Positions 30,551 through 38,850 of a DNA stretch of 64,000 nt are shown here, one piece after another. Numbering within the stretch: position 1 is the first letter of the stretch; the number at the start of each line of letters is the position of its first letter. The stretch lies in NCBI GenBank assembly GCA_963823555.1, contig CAWGMA010000001.1, positions 1,248,001 to 1,312,000 on the forward strand. The letters are read 5' to 3'. The stretch is from Candidatus Eiseniibacteriota bacterium. GTDB lineage: Bacteria; Eisenbacteria; RBG-16-71-46; CAVPCR01. Position numbers and translations under genes: made by a program. The notes under the pieces are model-generated. The model saw nothing but the letters and a program-made list of their open reading frames with translations, was not told where the DNA came from and searched no databases.

Positions 30551-32541
30551 TCAGGCCGAGCTCAGCCGTCGCTGACCAGGTTCTCCACGCCGCCGGCGAC
30601 GACCAGCGCCTGCGGCACCGCGCCCAGCGGCGGGAAGCGGAAACGTCTCGCCGCCGAAGCGTGATCGTGCCCGCGCGCGAAGTCGACCTCGATCTCGTCG
30701 CCCGGAATGACGGTCGTGTCGCCTCGGCGCCGCTCTCCGCCGCGAACAGCTCGCGCAGGCGGTCGCACGAGCTCCGGGCACTCGATGCAGGGGAACCCGT
30801 TGTTGAACGCGTTGCGCAGGTAGGTCTGCGAGAAGCTGCCGGCGATCGACCAGCGGGATCCCCTTGGCCTGCAGCGCGGTGACCGCCTGCTCGCGGCTCG
30901 AGCCGGTGCCGAAGTTGCAGCCGCCCGACGATCACGTCCCCGGCGCCGCGTCGCTGCGCGCGAACCCGGGGTCGTAGTTCTCCATGACCACCTCGGCCAT
31001 CATCTCGCGGCGTCATGTCCTCGCGGTAGGTGTAGTCCTTGCCGTAGATGCCGTCGGTGTTGAGGTTGTCCTGCGGCAGGAAGACGAGCCGGCCCGCTCA
31101 GCTGCTCGGGAAAGCCGGCGAGGATCTCGACGCGTCTCGTCGGACGCGGCCGGGCGTCGGCCGGATCGCTCGATGCGGCGCTCGAGCGGACGCGGTGCCG
31201 CGCCAGCGAGCTCGGCCGGGCCCGCGATGTAGCCGGCCACGGCCGACGCGGCGACGACCGCGGGGCTGGCCAGGTAGCACTGCGCGTCCCGCGATCCCAT
31301 GCGACCCTTGAAGTTGCGGTTGGTCGCCGAGATGCCGACCTCGCCCGGCTCGAGCAGGCCCGGTCGCCGAGGCCGATGCAGGGCCCGCAGCCCGGCGGCA
31401 GCGGTCGTGGCGCCGGCGTCGAGCAGCGCCTGCCAGGCCCCGCGCCGCTCGGCCTCCTCCTGGACGTCGCGGCTCGCCGCGGCGACGTAGAGCTCGACCC
31501 CGTCGGCGACCTTCTTGCCCCGCAGCACGCGCGGCCGCCGCCGCCGAGGTCCTCGACCCGCGAGTTGACGCAGGAGACGAGGTAGGCCTTGTGGATCGCG
31601 ATCTTCCGCGGCTCGATCTCGGCGAGCGGGGTGGCGTCACCTGCACCGTGTCGGGGCCCGAGACGTGCGGCGTGACCGCCGCGAGATCGAGCGCGATCCG
31701 CGCGGCGTAGCTCGGCATCGGCGTCCGGGCGCCGGCGGGTTCTCGGCCCAGGCCTCGAGGTCGCTCGTCCTGACGCGGTCGATCCCCGCTCGGCGAGGAC
31801 GCTCCCGGCGCTCGTCGCAGGTACGTCGAGCGTCGACCTCGTCGACCGGGAACCAGCCGACCAGCGCGCCCCACTCGGTGGTCATGTTGGCGATGGTCAG
31901 GCGCTCGTCCAGGGAGAGCGTCGCGACCCCGGGCCCGGCGAACTCGACCGCGGCGTTCAGCACCTCGCCCTGGTTGTAGAGCCCGCACAGGGCGAGGATC
32001 ACGTCCTTGCCGGTCGACCCCGGCCGGCAGCGCGCCCTCGAGCACGACCTGCACCGTGCGCGGGATCTGCCACCAGAACTCGCCGGTGGCCCAGATCGCC
32101 GCGGCGTCGGTGCGCACCACCGGCGTGCCCACCGCGCCCAGCGCCGCCGTACATGTTGGAGTGCGAGTCGGAGGCGACGACGAAGGCCCCGGGCACCACG
32201 TACCGCTGCTCGACCATGACCTGGTGGCCGATGCCCGGTCCCGGCCGGATAGAAGTCGACGCCCTGCTCGCGGGCGAACGCCTCGATCGCGCGGTACTTG
32301 GCCAGGTTCTCCTCGGAGCGGTTCTGGATGTCGTGGTCCAGGGCGAAGACCGGCTGCCGCGGGTCGTGGATCCGCGTGCGCGCCGATCGCCTGGAACTTC
32401 TTCATCACCGGCGCCGTGTTGTCGTGGGTCATCACGTGGCGCGGCCGGATGGAGAGGAAGTCGCCGGCGCGCAGCGGCCGCGCTCGGCGGCCCCTCGGCC
32501 ATGTGCGCCTGGGCGATCTTCTCGACGACCGTCTGTCCCAT
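30551..32541 (-). CDS. single-chain homoaconitase-like [4Fe-4S] hydro-lyase (frameshifted)
   Basis: [96 protein letters not shown], fused swivel domain NTDGIYG...[11 protein letters not shown]. Confidence 0.85.
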
Positions 32542-32580
32542 CGTGCATCTCCCTCGGCCTCAGCCGCTCGGCTGCGCGAG

Positions 32581-34025
32581 TCAGCGTCCATCAGCGTCGC
32601 GTGATCGAGTCGCAGCTTCTCCAGGTTCCAGACCGCGTCCTTGACGCCTGCGCGCGCCGTCCGCGGCGAGCACCGGCTCGGCCAGGGCGTCGAACTTCTC
32701 CTCGATCTCCTCGTCGGTCAGCGGGTTGCGCGGGTCGCCCTTCGGGTAGTCGATCTGCTTGGTGAACTCGCGGCCGTCGTGGTCGTGATCGTGACGATCG
32801 ACCCGCTGCAGCTCGGGGAACACGCTTCTCGATCTCGGGATCGGCGACCACCTCGACCTTGTTCAGCTGGGCGCGGATCGTCGGGTCCATGATCTTCTCC
32901 GTCGGTGAACTGCAGCGGCGTGACCTGGCGGTCGGCGATCGCCGCGGCGATGCACGTAGGGCAGGCAGTGATCGGCGGTCTCCTTGGTGCGCGGATCGTA
33001 CTTGCGACGGGTCGGCCAGGATGTCCGCGGCGCGGGCCAGCGAGCGGATGTGGACCTTCTCGACCTGCTCCGGCTGCGAGGTCGTTGCTCCTTGACCAGG
33101 TCGAGCACGGCGGAGATCGGCGCGTGGGTCAGCGCCTCGGTGGGGAAGGCCTTCATGCCGCACTGGGTGATGCGCCAGACTCTCGCCGAGCCCATCGGTC
33201 AGGATCTCGAGCTTCCACTCCGGGCCCGATGCAGTGGACCAGGCCCTCCTTGCCGTCGATGACGTGCTCGGGCCCGGTGTAGCCCTTCTCGGCCAGCAGC
33301 GCGGCCAGCACGCCGCTCTGGGTGGCCAGCGGGTCGACGGTGTTCTTCATCATGGTCAGCTTGCCCGCGGTGACCGCGCCGAGCGTGGCATGCGCGGCTG
33401 CCGGAGATGCCGATGGCGTGCTGGATCTGCTCCGCGGTCGAGGTCGAGCATGCGTGCCGGCGACGATCGGCGAGACGAAGCGCGGTCAGCGTGGCGTGGT
33501 GCCAGCCCCGCTCGCGGATGCCCGGGAAACGCCGCCTCGCACAGCCGCATCTCGAACTCGTGGCCGAGCACGATGCCGACGATCAGCTCCTTGCCGTCCT
33601 TGCCGCGCGCGCTCGCCGCAGGCCATCGCGGCCGGGATGATGTCCGAGGGGTGCGACGGATCCTGCTTCCAGTAGATGTCGTTGTAGTCCATCACCCGGA
33701 CCATCAGCGCGTTGAGCGAGCGAGGCCGAGACCGGGTCGATGCTTGCTGGCCGGTGCCGATGACGGTCGCCGGGCCCTGGCCGGCCGTTCTCGTCCAGCA
33801 CCTCGAGCGCGATCTTGACGTCGTGCTGCTGGTAGCCGCCGAGGGCGCAGCCCAGCGAGTCGAGCAGGTAGCGCTTGGCCTCGTGGACGGCGTCCGTCGG
33901 AGAGGTCGTCGAAGCTCGAGGCCGGCGGCCCAGCGGGACATGTCGCGCGGTGATCGTGTCGGGCTCCTGTCGTCCTTCGCGACCTCGCGGGATCGGTACG
34001 TCACGGTCCGCGTCTCCTCGATCAC
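32581..34025 (-). CDS. MmgE/PrpD family (2-methylcitrate dehydratase-like) protein (frameshifted, ends approximate)
   Basis: RYLLDSLGC, RVMDYND, SHPSDII, GWHH, MMKN, GYTGP..VIDGKEG, KAFPTEALTH, ETADHCLPY, PKGDPRNPL...IEEKF. Confidence 0.85.
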
Positions 34026-34565
34026 CGGTCGAGGTTCTTGAACGGCACGAAGCTCATGAAGTCGGCGTGGTGGACGATGAACGCCTCGGTGCTGCGCTTG
34101 ACCAGTTCGCCCTCGCCGGCGTGGGTGGCGATGATGTGGCAGACCTCGTCGGGAACGCCGCAGGCCATCGCCAGGTGCGACGCCGGTGAACGGGTGGCGC
34201 AGCGCTCTTGCCGCGGTCGCTCTGCACGCGCCTTGCCGTCGACCTTCTCGTACTCGAGCAGCTTGCCGACGTCGGCCAGGATCGCGCCGGCGATCACCGT
34301 GTCCATGTCGATCGGCAGCGCGCGGCCGAGGAACTCCTGCATCGCCTCGGCCGACCGGCGCGCGATGTGCACGACGCAGCGCTTGTGCTCCATGAAGGTG
34401 GCCGGGCAGTCGGGGACGAGCAGCGTGAAGGGGATCCGTTGAGGTCGTCGGGCGTCAGCGGGCTCGCTCGAACGCCATGACCCAGGTCTCGAGCACTCGT
34501 TCGCGCAGCGTCTCGTTCTCGATCCAGGCCAGCTCGGGCCACAGCTCGTTGACCGCCTCGCGCAA
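34022..34565 (-). CDS. HD/HDIG-domain-like protein (frameshifted; HD motif reads AD)
   Basis: TTG start after AGGACGAGG; LWPEL.WI, IPFTLL, FMEHKRCVV, AGAILADVGKLLEY, RHPFTG, HIIATH, EAFIVHHAD. Confidence 0.78.
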
Positions 34566-34745
34566 CTGAACCTCGTCCTTAACTGGTGATGATGGAGTCA
34601 CTTGGTCCCTCCGGTGCGACGTTGCAGCCAGATCGATTGGGCGATGCCGTCATGGTCTCGGACAAAGGCCGTCAAGTATCTCCCGGGCGGCGGGCAGCCG
34701 CCAGCCAAATCGCCGGCAGGGGCGCTGCCCCCGGCCGGCCGCCTC

Positions 34746-34774
34746 TTGCCACGCCTGGCGGCCCTTCCTACACT
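34746..34774 (+). promoter_or_regulatory. putative sigma70 promoter of argF
   Basis: TTGCCA-17 bp-TACACT. Confidence 0.6.
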
Positions 34775-34825
34775 CCGCCGGCAACCTGTCGGAGCCTGGA
34801 GGCTCCGGCCAAACCGAGAGGGAAA

Positions 34826-35785
34826 ATGACCACCACCACGACTCCGTCCGCCCAGAAACCGGCTGCCGCCAACAAGATGGACTTCGTCACCCTGTCCGAC
34901 TGGGACCGCCCGCAGCTCGAGGCCGTGCTCACCGAGGCCGCTCACGTGAAGAAGGGCTTCCGCGAACGGGGGGCCTCCGACCGTCTGCACGGCCGCACGC
35001 TGGCCATGATCTTCCACAAACCGAGCCTGCGCACGCGCGTCAGCTTCGAGGTGGGGATGACCCAGCTCGGCGGAGCGGCGGTCTACATCACCGAGCGCGA
35101 GATCGGGATCGATTCCCGCGAGGCGGTGGAGGATGTGGCCCGGGTTCTCAGCGGCTACGTCGATGCCATCATGATCCGCACCTTCTCCCATGAGCTCGTG
35201 CGCAAGCTGGCGCAGAACGCCACCATCCCGGTCATCAACGGTCTCGATGACCTCGTTCATCCCTGCCAGATCCTCGCTGACCTCATGACGCTCAGAGAGC
35301 TCGGCTTTGCCTTCGACGGTCTCCCCGTGGCCTGGCTGGGGGATGGCAACAACGTGGCTCACTCGTGGATCGATGCGGCCGTGATCTTCGGCCTCGATCT
35401 TCGGCTCGCAGTGCCCGCGGGTTACGAGCCGCAGGCGGCGTTCCTCGCCCGTGCTCGAGAGGCTGGCGCCAAGGTCACGGTGACCCACGATCCGCGGGCG
35501 GCGGTGAGCGGGGCGCGCATGCTCTATGCCGACGTCTGGGCGTCGATGGGGCAAGAGAGTGAGGCCGCCGCGCGCCGCGAGGTCTTCCGTCCTTTCCAGA
35601 TCAACGCCGCATTGCTCAAGCAGGCTGATCCCAAGGCGGTGGTGATGCACTGTCTCCCCGCCCATCGCGGCGAGGAGATCACCGCCGACGTGATCGAGGG
35701 TCCGCAGTCGGTCGTCTTCCACCAGGCCGAGAACCGAATGCATGCCCAGAAGGGGCTCCTCGTGAGCCTGATCGGCCGGGGATGA
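34826..35785 (+). CDS. argF: ornithine carbamoyltransferase
   Basis: FHKPSLRTRVSFE, HPCQILAD, GDGNNV, DVWASMG, MHCLPAHRG, QAENR. Confidence 0.92.
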   Translation: MTTTTTPSAQKPAAANKMDFVTLSDWDRPQLEAVLTEAAHVKKGFRERGASDRLHGRTLAMIFHKPSLRTRVSFEVGMTQLGGAAVYITEREIGIDSREAVEDVARVLSGYVDAIMIRTFSHELVRKLAQNATIPVINGLDDLVHPCQILADLMTLRELGFAFDGLPVAWLGDGNNVAHSWIDAAVIFGLDLRLAVPAGYEPQAAFLARAREAGAKVTVTHDPRAAVSGARMLYADVWASMGQESEAAARREVFRPFQINAALLKQADPKAVVMHCLPAHRGEEITADVIEGPQSVVFHQAENRMHAQKGLLVSLIGRG

Positions 35786-35833
35786 CGTGCGCGGCTCCGG
35801 CTCCGGGCCCATCGCTCCGGGAAATCGGCAGCC

Positions 35834-37036
35834 GTGGTGACGCGGCCCGCCGGATGGGGGGCGGCATTCGTCCTCGGCCTTCTCGGCTTCGCCTGCGCCC
35901 GCCAGGGCTTCCCCCCCGGCGGCCCCCGTGACGAGACGGCGCCCTACGTCGTCGCCACCGAGCCGGATTCCGGAGCGACGCGGGTGCCGCTCGACGCGGA
36001 CGTCGCCATCACCTTCTCCGAGGCGATGAACCAGAGCTCGGTGATCGACTGGATCCTTCTCTCGCCGCCCCGGGACTTCTCCGGGCGCGACTGGAAGGGC
36101 AACATGCTGCGTCTTAGCGGGGGCGAGGACTTCCCGCCTGATGTGACGACCACCGTCATCATCGGCATTGGAGCCCGCGACGCGCGCGAGAACATCCCGA
36201 TGACATCACCGTACCTGTTCGTCTTCTCCACCGGCGACTCGCTCGATCGCGGGCGCATCGAAGGCCGGCTCGTGGCCAAGAATCAGCGCGCCCAGGGCAC
36301 CATGGTGTGGGCGATGGACGTCGAGCGAGCGGCGGCCCGGCCCGACACGATGCTGCCGGACTACGTGACCCAGGCCGGGCAGGACTCGAGCTTCGTCTTC
36401 ATCGGTCTCGCCACCGACCGGCGCTATCGGGTGATGGCCCACTTCGACGCCAACAACGACCGGGAGTTCGATCGCGATTCCGAGTTCCTGGCGGCCTATC
36501 CGGACACGATCTGGATCGATCCCGCCGCGCCGACGGTCGCTGACGCCGTGATCGACTTCCGGAATCCGCGCGCTCCGGGCTCGATCGCCGGTTCGGTCAT
36601 CGACTCGACGGGGCTCGCGCCTCGGGCCGCCGCGGCTGCCCCCGCCGAGACCCTGGCCGTCGCCGTGAGCGACACGATGGCGATGCCGGCCCTGGCCGAT
36701 ACGACGGCCATGCCGGCGCCGGCCGACACGACGTGGCAAGCCTTCCTCGTCGAAGCGTGGCTGGTCGCGCTCGCCGTGCCGCCACCGAGTCCGGCCGAGG
36801 CGCCCGTCGACACGGTGGCGCTGGCCACGGCCAGGTCCGACAGCCTCGGGCGATACGTGCTGCGCAATCTGCCTCCCGGTCTCTATCGGGTCGAGGCCTA
36901 TCTCGATCGCAACGAGGATCAGCGCTATGATGCCGACGAGCCGGCCGCCGTACCGGCCGATTCCGTGCGTGTCGACCCGCTCGAGGAAACCAAGAACGTC
37001 GATCTCATCGTCGGTCGCAGGCCCCGTCCGCGGTAG
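35834..37036 (+). CDS. Ig-like (Big_5) domain lipoprotein
   Basis: Lipobox GFAC then A.QG.PPGGPRDETAP, ITFSE, FSTG; Dx[DN]xD motifs DANND and DRNED. Confidence 0.78.
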   Translation: MVTRPAGWGAAFVLGLLGFACARQGFPPGGPRDETAPYVVATEPDSGATRVPLDADVAITFSEAMNQSSVIDWILLSPPRDFSGRDWKGNMLRLSGGEDFPPDVTTTVIIGIGARDARENIPMTSPYLFVFSTGDSLDRGRIEGRLVAKNQRAQGTMVWAMDVERAAARPDTMLPDYVTQAGQDSSFVFIGLATDRRYRVMAHFDANNDREFDRDSEFLAAYPDTIWIDPAAPTVADAVIDFRNPRAPGSIAGSVIDSTGLAPRAAAAAPAETLAVAVSDTMAMPALADTTAMPAPADTTWQAFLVEAWLVALAVPPPSPAEAPVDTVALATARSDSLGRYVLRNLPPGLYRVEAYLDRNEDQRYDADEPAAVPADSVRVDPLEETKNVDLIVGRRPRPR

Positions 37037-37059
37037 GGACCTGCCCAAAGGAGCGAGCC

Positions 37060-37950
37060 ATGTTTGAAGGTGCCAGTGCCGCGATCGTGACGCCCTTCCG
37101 CCAAGGTGCCGTCGACTACGACGCCATGCGCGTTCTCGCGCGCCATCTCGTCACCTCGGGGCTCGATGGGATCATCGTCATCGGGTCGACGGGTGAGGGC
37201 GCCACGCTCGCGCCCGAGGAAAAGCGGCGAGCGATCGAGGTCGTCCTGGCCGAGGCCAAGGGCCGGGCCTTCGTCGTGGCCGGCACCGGAACCAACTCGA
37301 CCGAGCAGTCGGTCGAGCTCTCGCGCCTGGCCCGCGAGATCGGCGCCGACGGGGTGATGGTGGTGACTCCCTACTACAACAAGCCGACCCCCGAGGGGCT
37401 CTACCGCCATTACGAAGCCGTGGCGCGCGCGGCGCGGCTGCCGATCGTGGTCTACAACGTGCCCGGACGCACCGGACTCAACTTGAAGCCGGAGACGGCG
37501 GCTCGCCTCGCCCGGATCGATGGCGTCGTCGCCATCAAGGAAGCCGCCGGCTCCGTCGATCAGGTGAGCGAGCTCGTGGCACAGACCAACCTCACCGTGC
37601 TCGCCGGAGACGATTCCCTCACCTTGCCGATGATGGCGGTGGGAGCCCGCGGCATCGTGTCCGTGGTGGCCAACGTCGCTCCGGCCGAGGTCAAGGCGCT
37701 GGTCGACGCCGCGGCGCGGAGCGATCTGTCACACGCTCGCGAGTTGCACGCCCGGCTCTATCCGCTCACCAAGGCGATGTTCCTCGAAACCAATCCGGGC
37801 CCGGTCAAGCATGCGCTGCATCTGCTCGGGCTCATCGCCGAAGAGCTTCGCCTCCCGCTCGTGCCGGTCACCGCGCCCACCGGGCGCGCCGTCGAGGAAG
37901 CCCTCCGCGCCTTCGGTCTCACGATCGGCGCCCATGCCGGGGTGCGCTGA
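37060..37950 (+). CDS. dapA: 4-hydroxy-tetrahydrodipicolinate synthase
   Basis: AIVTPF, GSTGEG, GTGTNST, PYYNKP, YNVPGRTG, AIKEA, ETNPGPVK, LRLPL. Confidence 0.96.
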   Translation: MFEGASAAIVTPFRQGAVDYDAMRVLARHLVTSGLDGIIVIGSTGEGATLAPEEKRRAIEVVLAEAKGRAFVVAGTGTNSTEQSVELSRLAREIGADGVMVVTPYYNKPTPEGLYRHYEAVARAARLPIVVYNVPGRTGLNLKPETAARLARIDGVVAIKEAAGSVDQVSELVAQTNLTVLAGDDSLTLPMMAVGARGIVSVVANVAPAEVKALVDAAARSDLSHARELHARLYPLTKAMFLETNPGPVKHALHLLGLIAEELRLPLVPVTAPTGRAVEEALRAFGLTIGAHAGVR

Positions 37951-38759
37951 TGGCCGGCAAGATCAACGTCGTCATCGCCGGCGCGACCGGCCGCATGGGA
38001 GAACCCGTTGCTCGCGCCGTGATGGCCGACGATCGCTTCGCGCTGGCTGGCATCCTCGTGCACGCGGATGATCCCGCGCGGGGATCGTCACCGCTGCCCG
38101 GTGGGCCGGCGGCCATGGTCGATCCCGATCTTGTGCTCGAGCGCGGTCAGGTGCTCATCGAATTCACCACACCGGAGGCCACGGCCGGGCTGGCGCGAGC
38201 CGCGGCGAGCGCGGGTGCGGCCATCGTGAGTGGCACGACGGGGCTGGGCAACGAGGCCGAGTCGGCGCTCGCGGCCGCCGCCCGCACCGTGGCCGTCGTG
38301 CATGCGCCCAATATGAGCCGCGGGATCGCGCTCCTCACCGCGCTCGCGGTGCGCGCGGTCTCCAATCTGGCCGATTTCGATCTCGAGATCGAAGAACGCC
38401 ATCACCGCGGCAAGGCCGATGCTCCCAGCGGGACGGCGCTCGCGCTGGCGCGGGCCCTGGCGGGCGCGCGCGGCACCGGCCCCGAGGTCTACCGGCACGG
38501 CCGCTCGGGACGGGGCCAGAGAACCCCGAAGGAGATCGGCCTCCATGCCCTCCGTGGTGGGGACTGGGTGGGGGAGCACGCGATCATCCTCGCCGGTCCC
38601 GGAGAGACGATCGAGCTTCGCCACCGCGCGGAGAGCCGGATGGCCTTCGTGCGCGGTGCGCTGGCCGCCGCGGCCTTCGCCGCCGGCGCGACACCCGGGC
38701 TCTACAGCATGGTCGATGTGCTGGACGAGAGCGCAAAGGGGCCGAACTCCGGGACCTGA
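37950..38759 (+). CDS. dapB: 4-hydroxy-tetrahydrodipicolinate reductase
   Basis: GATGRMG, EFTTP, SGTTG, APNMS.G, ERHHRGKADAPSGTA, RGG..VGEH. Confidence 0.95.
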   Translation: MAGKINVVIAGATGRMGEPVARAVMADDRFALAGILVHADDPARGSSPLPGGPAAMVDPDLVLERGQVLIEFTTPEATAGLARAAASAGAAIVSGTTGLGNEAESALAAAARTVAVVHAPNMSRGIALLTALAVRAVSNLADFDLEIEERHHRGKADAPSGTALALARALAGARGTGPEVYRHGRSGRGQRTPKEIGLHALRGGDWVGEHAIILAGPGETIELRHRAESRMAFVRGALAAAAFAAGATPGLYSMVDVLDESAKGPNSGT

Positions 38760-38850
38760 TGTCGTAGACTGGTTATGGGTCGGCACCCTGGCTGACCGGC
38801 CCGAACCGACTGACCGCCCGCGACGCCCCGGGCGGCGGAGAGACGGCATC

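Noticed and set aside
34826..35785. N-acetyl/succinyl-ornithine transcarbamylase because of SLRT instead of STRT
   Set aside because: The DxxxSMG ornithine-binding loop and HCLPAHRG are canonical for OTCase.
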